DNA of 64,000 nucleotides. Origin: Fibrobacteria bacterium (GTDB taxonomy: Bacteria > Fibrobacterota > Fibrobacteria > UBA11236 > JADFYW01). The stretch lies in NCBI GenBank assembly GCA_050294405.1, contig JBNKOC010000028.1, positions 160,001 to 224,000 of the forward strand, written 5' to 3'. Below the pieces are notes generated by a model. It had not been told where the DNA came from. It was given only the letters and a program-made list of their open reading frames with translations, and did not search any database. The position numbers and the translations under genes are program-made. This document shows positions 19,585-30,118 of the stretch, piece by piece (within the stretch, counting starts at the first letter, position 1; each line of letters begins with the position of its first letter).

Positions 19585-21017
19585 ATTTTGGCGTCTACAA
19601 TGTCTTCTAAAAGCCTTAACCTTCCTTTTAAGTAAGTTGGAATGGGCTGAATAGGAATGGAGTTGCATTTTATTCGGTAGGCTTCCCAAAAAATATCCCG
19701 GCGGGTTATTTCCTCCAGTTTTTTATCTAAAAGGATGAGCTTGTTCAAGTTTTCTTCTGTGCTGCTTTTTATGGATTTTTGCAGTTGCGCTAAAACAACC
19801 TGGCATTGGCTTTTTATTTCCGCAGTTAAAGAGGAAGGGGGTATTATGCCCACAGGAAGATTTTGTCCGACGCTGGGTTTTTGAAAGGGGTGGGGGTTTA
19901 AATTAAAATCCACTAACCTTTGGCACTTGTTCTTAATATCCCAAAAGCTGGTCCATACCAAAGTTTTTTTGGGATATATACCTTCCAAAATAAACTTTTC
20001 CAACTCTTCTGCAGAAATTTCGGCCATAGCCTTGTTTGGAATTTCCCAGGGAAGGGCTTCGGGAACTTCCACATCCCTCTGAAAGATAAAATTGTTGGGG
20101 CCGTAGGGCCCTGTCTCCACAGGATTAGAGGATGCGAACATAGCAAAAACCTTGCAGGGCAGGTCAGCAGCCAAATGCATGGCCACAGTGTCTGGAGTCA
20201 CCAATCCCTGAATCTTTTTGTAAATGCTTCTGGTCTCCAACAAATCGGTTTTACCGATTAAGTTTAGGCAATGGTTTCCAAAGTGTTTTACATGCGAAAT
20301 TTTTGTTTGAAGCTGTTTGAAAAGTTCATATTCCTCCGCAGCTCCCATAAACACCAGGCCATAGCCTTTTTCCAAAAAGCTTTGGCTGAGTTCAGCCCAG
20401 TTGTTAATGGGCCACTTTTTCCCTTCCCAGGCCGCTCCTAATTGGAAGGCATACATTGCCTTTGGAAAATGGGGAGGAATCAGGCTATCCACATTTGGCA
20501 ATTCACCGTATTCAGGTTTAAACCTTTGCAAATAATCCAAATCAAAGCTTTTTAAAAATATATCCACTACATGCCAGGGGTTTTGAGAACGGTTGACAGG
20601 TATGGAAAAAAAATGACGCATGTATTTCCCAAAAATTTGAAAGCCATGTTTAGGAGAAAAATGGTATCCCAGTTTTATAGCTGACCTAATAAAACTATGT
20701 ATTAAGGCTCCATATTTATCCTGAAAAAGATTTAAAGATAAATCATATACATTTTCTTTAACACGGGAAATCATTGTAGCCGCCAGCGATATCATGTTTT
20801 CCATATTCTCCGAATTAAGCTCGCTTTTTATGGATTTACGGGGGATAATATGGCATGTATGGATATATGGGTTGTTTTCCACTAAGCAGGCACATTCATC
20901 ACTAACTAAAAAATCAATTTTAGCTCTTGGATAGTGGTAATTTAAGGCCGAAACTACATGTAAGGCCATCACAACATCTCCCGGATTATGGGGCATAATG
21001 ACCAGAGCCCTATCCAT
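19581..21017 (-). CDS. Glycosyltransferase family 9 (LPS heptosyltransferase-like)
   Basis: GDVV, GAAWEGKKWP, LIGKTDL, TPDTVAMHLA, TGPY. Confidence 0.88.
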   Translation of the reverse strand: MDRALVIMPHNPGDVVMALHVVSALNYHYPRAKIDFLVSDECACLVENNPYIHTCHIIPRKSIKSELNSENMENMISLAATMISRVKENVYDLSLNLFQDKYGALIHSFIRSAIKLGYHFSPKHGFQIFGKYMRHFFSIPVNRSQNPWHVVDIFLKSFDLDYLQRFKPEYGELPNVDSLIPPHFPKAMYAFQLGAAWEGKKWPINNWAELSQSFLEKGYGLVFMGAAEEYELFKQLQTKISHVKHFGNHCLNLIGKTDLLETRSIYKKIQGLVTPDTVAMHLAADLPCKVFAMFASSNPVETGPYGPNNFIFQRDVEVPEALPWEIPNKAMAEISAEELEKFILEGIYPKKTLVWTSFWDIKNKCQRLVDFNLNPHPFQKPSVGQNLPVGIIPPSSLTAEIKSQCQVVLAQLQKSIKSSTEENLNKLILLDKKLEEITRRDIFWEAYRIKCNSIPIQPIPTYLKGRLRLLEDIVDAKI

Positions 21018-21177
21018 TTTTATATTTCTGTTCCTGGCGGGTAGGTTTAGAGGTCATGTAATGGCAAAGCAAGCAAATTTGCTCAAGTGCATCTATGGGA
21101 ATGGTCTTTTCTATTTTTTGCTCGGCTAATAGCGCTATTTTTAAAAACTCATTTTTATCAACGGGACCTGGTTCCAT
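21010..21177 (-). CDS. Small hypothetical protein (55 aa)
   Basis: ATG at 21177 with AAGGG upstream, open to a TAG overlapping the GT9 start codon, fills the whole intergenic gap; below the track cutoff. Confidence 0.45.
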   Translation of the reverse strand: MEPGPVDKNEFLKIALLAEQKIEKTIPIDALEQICLLCHYMTSKPTRQEQKYKNG

Positions 21178-21202
21178 GGCCCTTAAAATCGGTTTTCAAA
21201 AA

Positions 21203-22269
21203 TTAAAAGGCAATCTTTACAGGAATATTTTCACTTTGGCGATGTTTGAAAATAAAAAGGGATTCGGGAATACTGTCCAGGTAAAAATCAGTAAGGCAGA
21301 TTTGGTCCAAATCCAGATGCTGGGCCTCCTCGGCTAATAAATGTCCATGACGGACCATCTGAGTTATATACCAGCGAAATTTTGCATGAGAGGGCTTAAA
21401 AATATTCTTATCAAACAGAGTTAAAAAATTCTTTTTAAAATACATCCGGCCAAATCCCGCAAACACTTCGCCCAGAAGACTCGCTCTGACGATATCCTGC
21501 TTGGTATTAACATATTTGCGGTGGCTGATAATAGCAGATGCCTTGTCTGCGTTTTTAGGATCGGCGGTCCACTTTGCAGCCAATGCGCAAGCTTGAATCA
21601 ATTTACCATGTATATGGGGCTGGGATTTATGCCAGCTGGTGCGTACAGCCAACACTTTGTCCAAATCCGCGTTGTAATATCGCGAATCAAAATCAATAAT
21701 GGCCCCAACCTTAGAAAGGGCAGCTCTTTGATTCCAGGGCTCTCCGCAACAGTAGCCATCCAACTCTCCGGTTCTTAATTTTTTAACCATGTGGTGGGGA
21801 GCGTGGTAAACCAAATTGATGGTTTCCCCAATTTTAAGAGGGCTGTGTTGCAGCCAGTTTCTTAAATAATACTCGTGATTCGAGCGCGGATGAACAACCC
21901 CAAAGTTAAGGCTTTTTTTTTTAATCTGCTTAATAAGCTGTGGGTTAATTGACTTGGGTAAGCCACTTGCTGATTCCAAAGCTGATTGCTAATGGTAATG
22001 GCACTGCCTCCCTTATTGAGACATAGGGCATAAGAGGTTGGACACAAGTTTTTTTGGTTTCCGCAATTTAAAGATAAAACCATGGAAGCTAGAGTATGGG
22101 CCGCATCAATGGAACCTGTAACAAACTTTCCTTGCAACTGGTCCCAGGACTGCAACTTTTTTAGGCTAACATCTAACCCAAAAGACTTAAAAATCCCTAA
22201 GGCCTCAGCCATAATAATAGGCGCCGCATCCACTAATGGCATATAACCAATTTGTAATTTTGAATCCAT
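21203..22269 (-). pseudogene. Cytoplasmic NrtA/CmpA-like nitrate-binding protein (NasS-like), split by a frameshift at an A10 run
   Basis: ORF 21862-22269 gives IGYMPLVDAAPII...SW...DAAH and ORF 21203-21979 gives FGVVHPRSNHEYYLRNWL, DGYCCGEPWNQ; the frames overlap across T10 at 21913-21922; no signal peptide. Confidence 0.8.
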
Positions 22270-22283
22270 TAGCTTAATTAGAA

Positions 22284-22299
22284 TGCAACATTTATACCA
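22284..22299 (-). promoter_or_regulatory. Putative sigma54 promoter of the NasS-like gene
   Basis: Minus strand TGGTAT-AAATG-TTGCA, 15 nt from the ATG (implies a very short leader). Confidence 0.55.
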
Positions 22300-22584
22300 G
22301 TATTAATAGAAGATTAATTCAGGCAAAAAAGCCTCCATGTTGTATTATAGAATGACAATAGCTCAAAATTTTGTCAATCTGTTGTTAATAATATGGCGAA
22401 ACATTTCACTTGCGGATTTTTTATCAGCAAAAATGTCAGTCTGTGTTAAACATGTATTAAATGGCCGAGTTTGACAATTTCACAATGGGGATTAATTGTA
22501 AACTGTCTTGTGACAATTTTTATCATTTTATGGTGTAAAAATTGAATGTTCCTCAAATTTGAATAAAATCCCCTATTCTAAACT

Positions 22585-22600
22585 TGGCATACAATTTGCA
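22585..22600 (+). promoter_or_regulatory. Sigma54 promoter of the porin-nrtABCD operon
   Basis: TGGCAT-ACAAT-TTGCA about 115 nt upstream of the porin ATG; consistent with nitrogen regulation. Confidence 0.78.
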
Positions 22601-22713
22601 ATTTTGTCGTTGCAGGTGTAATTGCAATCGGTCCGCCCGGTCCTTTACTCGCAACCCTATCCCATCACATTTATCAAGGCATGGAGTTCGAGCTCTGATG
22701 TAATTGAGGTCAT

Positions 22714-23928
22714 ATGTTTACAAAAAAAATACTTACTGCATCCCTCCTATTATTTTTGGGAACACAAAATTCTTTTTCCGAGGAGAAGCCTGCAGCAGCA
22801 GAACCCTCCATTACATTTAAAAGCCAGGTGCGTACCCGTTCCACTTATTCCAAACTCGGTTTTACAGACGCTGATGCTTCTGTTAAGAATGAATTGAGAA
22901 CGCGTATTGGCGCTAGTATGAGCCCATCGGAAAAGGTAAAATTGATGGTTGAGTTTCAGGATAGCAGAAACTTTGGCAGCGAACCGCAAGGAGTAGCTGC
23001 TTCCGGCGCAGATCACACATCTACTATTGGGAACTCCAAAAATGTGGATTTGCACCAAGCCTTTTTTTCTCTCGGTCTTGGCCAGGCTACCTTGGCAATG
23101 GGCCGTCAAAAACTGGCGTTTGGATCCCAGCGATACATCTCCTCTCTTGAATGGCATCCTAACGCAAGGGTTTTTGATGGCCTTACTTTGGCAGTTCCAG
23201 TAGGCTCCGGAACTGTCACTGCCTTGGTGGCCCAGCCAGCTGACTCAGGTGGCGTACTTTTAGACAGCAAATTGACTTTGGCTGGCGCCCATTTAAAATT
23301 GCCCGTTTCCCCCATGTTTGCTTTGGAAGCTAACGCCTTTGTGGACTATTCTGGCACTAACATGAACGACTACACTCTAACTACCTTAGGGGCACGGGCC
23401 AGCGGTGACATCAATCCCCTGTTTTATGACCTTGAGTTGTTATATCAGTTTGGCCCCTTTGCTGGTGGCGATAAGTCTGCCATTTATTTCGCATCTCGCC
23501 TTGGCACAGCCATCCAGAAAATAAAGGCTAGCCTCGGTCTTGATATTATGAGCGGCGGAAAAGCGGCTGGAGGAGAATCCACTTACATGGCAAACTACTA
23601 CTTCGCCCATGCCTATTTTGGATGGATGGATAAGTTTATTGTGAACCCTGCTACGGGAGTTATGGATTACCGCTTTGATGTAACCATTCCCGCCGGATCA
23701 AAAGTTAAAATCTTATCCCAAAATCACTTTTTTGCCCAAGCGGCTTCTCCTGGCGAAGATCCATACGGCATTGAATTGGATTTGGAAGCCCATCTGTCTC
23801 TTTTTCCCAAATCAAAAATTGTAGTGGGAGCTGGCTTGTTTATCCCTGACACAGGGTATGAAACTGTGGCCAATCCCGATCCCGAAATGGACTACACATT
23901 CTATATAATGCCCATATTCAATTTCTAA
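22714..23928 (+). CDS. Alginate-export (AlgE-like) outer membrane porin
   Basis: Signal peptide, RTR..RTRIG, FQDSR.FG, DLHQAF, GRQ.LAFGSQR, W...ARVFDG, C-terminal Phe. Confidence 0.85.
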   Translation: MFTKKILTASLLLFLGTQNSFSEEKPAAAEPSITFKSQVRTRSTYSKLGFTDADASVKNELRTRIGASMSPSEKVKLMVEFQDSRNFGSEPQGVAASGADHTSTIGNSKNVDLHQAFFSLGLGQATLAMGRQKLAFGSQRYISSLEWHPNARVFDGLTLAVPVGSGTVTALVAQPADSGGVLLDSKLTLAGAHLKLPVSPMFALEANAFVDYSGTNMNDYTLTTLGARASGDINPLFYDLELLYQFGPFAGGDKSAIYFASRLGTAIQKIKASLGLDIMSGGKAAGGESTYMANYYFAHAYFGWMDKFIVNPATGVMDYRFDVTIPAGSKVKILSQNHFFAQAASPGEDPYGIELDLEAHLSLFPKSKIVVGAGLFIPDTGYETVANPDPEMDYTFYIMPIFNF

Positions 23929-23946
23929 ACATCAAAAACACAAGGT

Positions 23947-25275
23947 ATGATTATGAATTTTTTACAAAACTTAAAAAAAACAATTTCCTTTCTCAGTCTG
24001 GGCGCCGCAGTGGCGTTCAGCGGGGAGCTGGAAAAAGACGAATTGACTTTTGGATTTATCAAGCTTACCGATTGCGCTCCTTTGGTTATTGCAAAAGAAA
24101 AAGGGTTTTTTGAAGACGAAGAGCTCTATGTAACCATCCAGGCGCAAGCCAACTGGAAAGTGCTATTAGATAGAGTGATTGACGGTGAACTGGATGGAGC
24201 CCATATGTTATCCGGTCAACCCATTGGCGCCACCATTGGCTTTGGCACAAAAGCAGATGTGGTTACCGCTTTTAGCATGGATTTGAATGGAAACGGAATT
24301 ACTGTTTCCAATGACATCTGGAAGCAAATGAAAAAAAATGTGCCTATGAAAGGGGGTAAGCCTATCCATCCTATTAAAGCCGATGCTTTAAAACCCGTAG
24401 TGGAAAAATATAAGTCCGAAGGCAAAAAATTTAATATGGGAATGGTGTTTCCAGTGTCTACCCACAACTACGAAATTCGTTATTGGTTAGCTGGTGCCGG
24501 AATACACCCTGGTTTTTACACAAAAACAGATATTACAGGAATGACCGGAGCTGATGTATTGCTTTCCGTAACTCCTCCCCCCCAAATGCCTGCTACTCTG
24601 GAAGCCGGAACCATCTTTGGATATTGTGTGGGCGAGCCCTGGAACCAGCAAGCGGTTTTTAAAGGAATTGGAGTTCCTGTAACTACTAACTATGACATCT
24701 GGAAAAATAATCCTGAAAAAGTTTTTGGAGTCACTAAAAAATGGGCCACTGCAAACCCCAATACTCACAAAGCGGTAGTTAAAGCATTGATCCGCGCTGG
24801 AAAATGGCTGGATGAAGGCAATGGTAAAAATAGAGCGGAAGCTGCAAAAATTTTATCCAAACCTGAATATGTGGGCGCCGATTATAAAGTTATTGCAAAC
24901 AGCATGACTGGAACTTTTGAATTTGAAAAAGGGGATAAAAGAAGCATGCCCGACTTTAATGTGTTTTTCAGATACAATGCCACTTACCCCTTCTATAGCG
25001 ATGCCATTTGGTTCTTAACTCAAATGCGCCGCTGGGGACAAATCGGTGAAAACAAACCCGATTCCTGGTACCACGACATTGCTAAAAAAGTTTATTTGCC
25101 AAAGGTTTGGCGTGAAGCTGCTGAGGAACTTGTAAAAGAAGGAAAACTTGCTAAAACAGATATTCCTGAAACAGATGGATACAAACCAGCAACAGGAGAC
25201 TTTATCGACGGGATTGTTTACGACGGTAAAAAACCCAATGATTATATCAAGAAATTTAAAATTGGAAACAAGTAG
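23947..25275 (+). CDS. nrtA: Nitrate/nitrite/cyanate ABC transporter substrate-binding protein (NrtA/CmpA family)
   Basis: [54 protein letters not shown]. Confidence 0.92.
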   Translation: MIMNFLQNLKKTISFLSLGAAVAFSGELEKDELTFGFIKLTDCAPLVIAKEKGFFEDEELYVTIQAQANWKVLLDRVIDGELDGAHMLSGQPIGATIGFGTKADVVTAFSMDLNGNGITVSNDIWKQMKKNVPMKGGKPIHPIKADALKPVVEKYKSEGKKFNMGMVFPVSTHNYEIRYWLAGAGIHPGFYTKTDITGMTGADVLLSVTPPPQMPATLEAGTIFGYCVGEPWNQQAVFKGIGVPVTTNYDIWKNNPEKVFGVTKKWATANPNTHKAVVKALIRAGKWLDEGNGKNRAEAAKILSKPEYVGADYKVIANSMTGTFEFEKGDKRSMPDFNVFFRYNATYPFYSDAIWFLTQMRRWGQIGENKPDSWYHDIAKKVYLPKVWREAAEELVKEGKLAKTDIPETDGYKPATGDFIDGIVYDGKKPNDYIKKFKIGNK

Positions 25276-25313
25276 GCTTAAAATTTGCTTTGAATTTTCC
25301 TTAGCATCCTGCT

Positions 25314-25343
25314 TTTCCCGGGCAAGTTGTCTTGCCCGGGAAA
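25314..25343 (+). other. Perfect 13-bp stem-loop between nrtA and nrtB
   Basis: TTTCCCGGGCAAG-ttgt-CTTGCCCGGGAAA with only a short T run after it; probably an mRNA-stabilising or attenuating hairpin. Confidence 0.7.
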
Positions 25344-25357
25344 TTTATGCTTAAAGA

Positions 25358-26404
25358 ATGAATGAATATTACGGAGAAATTATGAAACAGAAAATTATCA
25401 ATATCCTAAACATGGCTCAATTAACCTGGTTTGTGCCCATGGTAAAACTTTGCACTGGCGAAGATCCAAAGGAACAGCTAAAAGAAATGTCCAGGGTGAT
25501 TGGAATACCAGTGGCCTCCATCTTGATATTTCTGTTGTTGTGGTCCTTGGTGGCCGCACAAATTAAAACAAGTCTTGGCGCTATCCCTGGCCCTCTTAAA
25601 GCTTGGGAACAAGCCGGTCAATTGTGGAAGGAACATAAAGCTGAACGGGAAAAAGAAAAAGTTTTTTACAAGAAAGTAAAAGAAAGGCAAGCCAAAAAAT
25701 TGGCTAAAAACCCCGATGCAGTTATTAAGGACAGAAAATATACGGGTAAGCCAACATACATCGATCAAATTGGTACAAGCCTTTATACTGTATTCGCCGG
25801 ATTTTTAATTGCTTCTCTCATAGCAGTTCCCATTGGAATTTTTTGCGGGCTAAGCCGGGTTATTATGACCGCCTTAAGCCCGCTCATTCAAATTTTTAAA
25901 CCGGTTTCGCCCTTGGCCTGGCTCCCCATAGTGACCATGGTGGTCAGTGCGGTTTACACAACCAAAAACGGCTGGTTTGAAAAATCTTTTATAACATCCG
26001 CTATTACTGTTTCTTTATGCAGCCTGTGGCCCAGTTTGATAAACACAGCTTTGGGCGTAGCCAGTTTAGACAAGGATTATGTAAATGTGTCTAAGGTTTT
26101 AAAATTGGGTATTTGGGATAACATCGCAAAAATCGTATTGCCCTCTTCTTTACCTTACATATTTACTGGTCTTCGCATTAGCCTTGGAGTGGGCTGGATG
26201 GTTTTAATTGCTGCAGAAATGTTGGCTCAGAATCCAGGCCTTGGAAAATTCGTATGGGATGAATTCCAAAACGGAAGCAGCAATTCCCTGGCCCGAATTA
26301 TGGTAGCAGTATGGACTATCGGCCTGATTGGTTTTGCATTGGATAGAGTAATGGTGACCCTGCAACGCATGGTTAGTTTTGGTGAAGAACCTACCACAGC
26401 TTAA
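25358..26404 (+). CDS. nrtB: Nitrate ABC transporter permease
   Basis: [39 protein letters not shown]; start probably at the ATG of MKQKI (25382). Confidence 0.92.
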   Translation: MNEYYGEIMKQKIINILNMAQLTWFVPMVKLCTGEDPKEQLKEMSRVIGIPVASILIFLLLWSLVAAQIKTSLGAIPGPLKAWEQAGQLWKEHKAEREKEKVFYKKVKERQAKKLAKNPDAVIKDRKYTGKPTYIDQIGTSLYTVFAGFLIASLIAVPIGIFCGLSRVIMTALSPLIQIFKPVSPLAWLPIVTMVVSAVYTTKNGWFEKSFITSAITVSLCSLWPSLINTALGVASLDKDYVNVSKVLKLGIWDNIAKIVLPSSLPYIFTGLRISLGVGWMVLIAAEMLAQNPGLGKFVWDEFQNGSSNSLARIMVAVWTIGLIGFALDRVMVTLQRMVSFGEEPTTA

Positions 26405-26415
26405 GGGAGTTTACT

Positions 26416-27273
26416 ATGCCTATACTTGAATTAAAAAATGTATGTAAAGGTTTTGGCCACGGGCCGGACCGGCTGGAAGTGTTGGAAAACATCAATTTAA
26501 CGATAGACACTGGAGAATTTATCGCCATTGTGGGTTATAGTGGAAGTGGTAAAACCACTTTAATTTCACTTATAAATGGATTGATGATGCCTGATTCAGG
26601 AAAAATTCTATTAAACGGAAAAGAAATTAAAGGACCCGGCCCCGACAGAGGAACCATATTTCAAAATTATTCTCTTTTACCCTGGCTAACTGTTACCGAT
26701 AATATATCCCTTGCTGTAGAGCAAGTGTTCCCTGATTGGCCCGCTAAGAAAAGAAAAGAGCAGGTCGCCCATTATGTGGAAATGGTAAACTTGACTCCTG
26801 CCAAACACAAACGTCCAGCAGAACTTTCAGGAGGGATGCGCCAAAGGGTTTGTGTGGCAAGAGCTTTAGCTATGAATCCCGAAATATTGCTATTGGATGA
26901 GCCCTTAAGCGCCTTGGACGCCTTGACTCGAGGTTCTCTCCAGCAGGAAATCATAAACATCTGGGAGGCTGATAAAAAAACAGCCGTAATGATTACCAAT
27001 GATGTGGACGAAGGCATCTTAATGGCGGACAGAATAATTCCTTTAAACCCCGGCCCTAAAGCGACATTGGGCCCTGAGTTTAAAGTAGACTTGCCCAGGC
27101 CCCGCATTAAATCGGAATTAAATCAGGACCCGGCTTATAAAAAGTTGCGCAATGATGTATATCACTATTTAGGCGATATTAATCCTGAAAAACACAAAGA
27201 TGAAGAGATAGATAATTTTGAACTACCCGAACTGGTGCCCACGGAATTTGATTCAGGCCGCGGTATTTTCTAA
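26416..27273 (+). CDS. nrtC: Nitrate ABC transporter ATP-binding subunit (H-switch replaced by Asn)
   Basis: [38 protein letters not shown]. Confidence 0.88.
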   Translation: MPILELKNVCKGFGHGPDRLEVLENINLTIDTGEFIAIVGYSGSGKTTLISLINGLMMPDSGKILLNGKEIKGPGPDRGTIFQNYSLLPWLTVTDNISLAVEQVFPDWPAKKRKEQVAHYVEMVNLTPAKHKRPAELSGGMRQRVCVARALAMNPEILLLDEPLSALDALTRGSLQQEIINIWEADKKTAVMITNDVDEGILMADRIIPLNPGPKATLGPEFKVDLPRPRIKSELNQDPAYKKLRNDVYHYLGDINPEKHKDEEIDNFELPELVPTEFDSGRGIF

Positions 27274-27284
27274 AGGGGGATAAC

Positions 27285-28118
27285 ATGAGTGAATTTTTAG
27301 TATTTGAAAAATTAAATAAGACCTATTTCACCCCTAAGGGCCCTGCCGTTATTGTGGATGATTTTAATTTAACCGTTAAAAAAGGTGAGTTTATATCCAT
27401 TATAGGCCATTCGGGCTGTGGAAAATCCACAGTACTCTCCATGGTGGCCGGACTTAATGATATTAATGGCGGGCATATATTCTTGAAAAACAGGGAAGTG
27501 GTTGGTCCGGGTCCTGATAGAGGAGTGGTCTTTCAGTCCCCCAGCCTACTTCCCTGGATGACAGCCTATCAAAATGTAATGTTAGGTGTGAACCAGGTTT
27601 TCCAACATGCCAGCAAAGAAGACAGAGATAAAATTGCAAAGTTCTTCCTTTATAAGGTGGGTCTTAAAGATGCTATACATCGCAAGGCCAAAGATTTGAG
27701 TAACGGCATGAAACAAAGAGTGGGTCTTGCCAGGGCTTTTGCCATTAAACCTCAATTGTTGCTTTTGGATGAGCCGTTCGGTATGCTGGATTCCTTAACC
27801 AGAATCGGCTTGCAGGAAGTATTGTTGGATGTATGGAATAAAAATAAAACCACCGCCATTATGATAACCCATGATGTGGACGAAGCCATTTTCTTGTCGG
27901 ACAGGGTCATCATGATGACCAGCGGTCCCAGGGCTAAAGTTGGCGACGAACTTATTATTGATTTTCCAAGGCCCAGAATTCGCAGTGAAATTATGGAAAG
28001 CGATATGTTTTTTAAATATCGGGCTTATTTAATTGATTTTCTTTATGGAAAAGAAGAGGCCCGTCAAAAAAAAAACATAGGCCCGAAATCCAAAAGCAAA
28101 ATAGCTAAAGTAGCTTAA
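27285..28118 (+). CDS. nrtD: Nitrate ABC transporter ATP-binding subunit
   Basis: GHSGCGKST, LSNGMKQR, LLDEPFGMLD, ITHDVDE. Confidence 0.88.
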   Translation: MSEFLVFEKLNKTYFTPKGPAVIVDDFNLTVKKGEFISIIGHSGCGKSTVLSMVAGLNDINGGHIFLKNREVVGPGPDRGVVFQSPSLLPWMTAYQNVMLGVNQVFQHASKEDRDKIAKFFLYKVGLKDAIHRKAKDLSNGMKQRVGLARAFAIKPQLLLLDEPFGMLDSLTRIGLQEVLLDVWNKNKTTAIMITHDVDEAIFLSDRVIMMTSGPRAKVGDELIIDFPRPRIRSEIMESDMFFKYRAYLIDFLYGKEEARQKKNIGPKSKSKIAKVA

Positions 28119-28126
28119 CCTATGTA

Positions 28127-30058
28127 TTAGGTTAAAACATTCTCTGTTGAATTAATACCCTGGCTATTTGATTTCGCTTTTACAAAGCGCTCAATAGCAC
28201 CACTTAAATCGTCTTTTTTAACAGGCTTGGGAAGGAAATCGTCCATGCCTGCTTCCAGGCATTTTTCTCTGTCACCTTTCATTGAGTTAGCAGTGATGGC
28301 AATTATATAGGTGTTTTGGGTTGCTTTGTTTTTTTTTAATCTGCGGGTCGCTTCGTAGCCATCCATAACTGGCATTTGGCAATCCATTAAGACCAAGTCG
28401 TAAAACTGGTTTTTAAAGGCCTCTAGAGCTTGCTTTCCATCCTTTACCAAGGTAGCCTTAATGCCGAGTTTTTCGAGGAGAATTAAGACCACTTTGCTGT
28501 TTATTTCATTATCCTCCACCAACAGGATTTTACTGTTAGCAAGCAAGTTTGTCTTGTATTTCTCAGCTTTTTTAGCTGTTTCGACCATTTTATCCAACTG
28601 ATGATCTGTTTTTTGTAAGGGTAATTTAAAGATCATTGTGGTGCCTTTTCCCAATTCGCTGGATACGTTTAGGGAGCCACCCATTATTTCAGCAAACTCT
28701 TTTGAAATGGCAAGGCCAAGACCAGTTCCTCCGAATTTTCGTGTTGTGCTGGCATCGGCTTGGGTAAATGGTTGAAAAAGCGTATTGATTTGGCTTTGTG
28801 TAATGCCTATTCCCGTATCTGAAATACTTATATTAATTTCATCTGTCTCCGTGCCTAGCGCTGTCCAATGACAGCTGAGTTCCACTTTGCCTTCTGTGGT
28901 GAATTTATAGGCATTAGAGAGAAGGTTCATTAATATTTGGTTGATTTTTTGAGAATCGCCAAGATAAACAGCACAAGGACCTGCATTGATAGTTGATGTA
29001 AACTGAACCCCTTTTTTTTCAATGGGCATTTTGTAGGAATTTACAACATTATTGAGCAGCTCTTCAGGAGAAAAAGGAGCTATTTCAACTCTAACTTTAC
29101 CAGCTTCAATTTTAGAGATATCAAGGATATCGTTAATGATTCTTAATAAGGATTGGGCACTTTTGTGAATAGTGTTGGCATACTCTCTATTTTCACTATC
29201 CACATTTTCGGATTCTGATAAGAGTTGTGATAAACCTAAAATGCCGTTCATTGGAGTGCGAATTTCGTGGCTCATATTGGCCAAAAAGCGGGATTTTGCA
29301 TAGTTGGCTTCTTTGGCTTCCTTTAAAGCCTGGTGCAACTCTTTGGTGGCCCCAGCAACGCGCTCAGAGAGCAAAATATTATTGGCAACCAGTTTTGACT
29401 GGGCTAGTCTTCGCATATGAACTTCTTTTTTAAGTTGTTCAGAGGAATCTTTGAGAACTTTGGTCAAATTAGAGTGTAAATGGACAAAAAGCTGCATAGC
29501 GGCCATCGTAATGGCCATACAGGAAAAGGCTAGCAAATCGCTAAGATAAGGGCTGGGGATATAACCTTTGATGTCAATGTTAAAAAGGGGCCGAAGATTA
29601 AATACAAGAACATAACTAAGAACTGATATTGCAAAGCCAACGACAACAACTTTTAATTGAAAAAGGAGTTGAAGGACCAATAAGAAAAGAAGGAAAAGTA
29701 TAAGTAACGAGGTGTTGGGGCCATCGAAAAACTGGGCGAGAACCGAAACAAGAAATATCCCGGATAAGGGCAAAAGGATTCCTTTTTTCCATTGCCCCCG
29801 GATTGCTTTTTTTAAGGAGACATAATAGACTAGCTGGATAATCAACGCGCTTAATGTTGTGTAGGATTTTTCTTCATTTTGAAGATCATCAAGAAAAATC
29901 AGAGGCAAAACAAAAAGGTTAACCCAGAAAAAAAGTTGGATGATAAAAATGCAAAGGACTTGTCTGGATTTTTCAATATCCTTTGTGGCTTCCAGGCTTC
30001 GCAGGCTTTTTAATGGGTTTAAAAATTCCATCCCTACCATCATTTTGTTTCGATTCAA
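28127..30058 (-). CDS. Membrane-bound hybrid sensor histidine kinase/response regulator
   Basis: Multi-TM N-terminus, [39 protein letters not shown] domain ([10 protein letters not shown]). Confidence 0.94.
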   Translation of the reverse strand: MNRNKMMVGMEFLNPLKSLRSLEATKDIEKSRQVLCIFIIQLFFWVNLFVLPLIFLDDLQNEEKSYTTLSALIIQLVYYVSLKKAIRGQWKKGILLPLSGIFLVSVLAQFFDGPNTSLLILFLLFLLVLQLLFQLKVVVVGFAISVLSYVLVFNLRPLFNIDIKGYIPSPYLSDLLAFSCMAITMAAMQLFVHLHSNLTKVLKDSSEQLKKEVHMRRLAQSKLVANNILLSERVAGATKELHQALKEAKEANYAKSRFLANMSHEIRTPMNGILGLSQLLSESENVDSENREYANTIHKSAQSLLRIINDILDISKIEAGKVRVEIAPFSPEELLNNVVNSYKMPIEKKGVQFTSTINAGPCAVYLGDSQKINQILMNLLSNAYKFTTEGKVELSCHWTALGTETDEINISISDTGIGITQSQINTLFQPFTQADASTTRKFGGTGLGLAISKEFAEIMGGSLNVSSELGKGTTMIFKLPLQKTDHQLDKMVETAKKAEKYKTNLLANSKILLVEDNEINSKVVLILLEKLGIKATLVKDGKQALEAFKNQFYDLVLMDCQMPVMDGYEATRRLKKNKATQNTYIIAITANSMKGDREKCLEAGMDDFLPKPVKKDDLSGAIERFVKAKSNSQGINSTENVLT

Positions 30059-30118
30059 TCAAATTAGAAACAAAAATTGAATTGACGGATTAAATCAGCA
30101 AAAAAAGGACTAAATGGG

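Noticed and set aside
22601..22713. ANTAR dual-hairpin leader ahead of the porin-nrt operon
   Set aside because: I could not find two hexaloop hairpins or an overlapping terminator.
22622..22897. 91-aa ORF overlapping the porin start
   Set aside because: Out-of-frame overlap with a well-supported gene, TTG start without an RBS.
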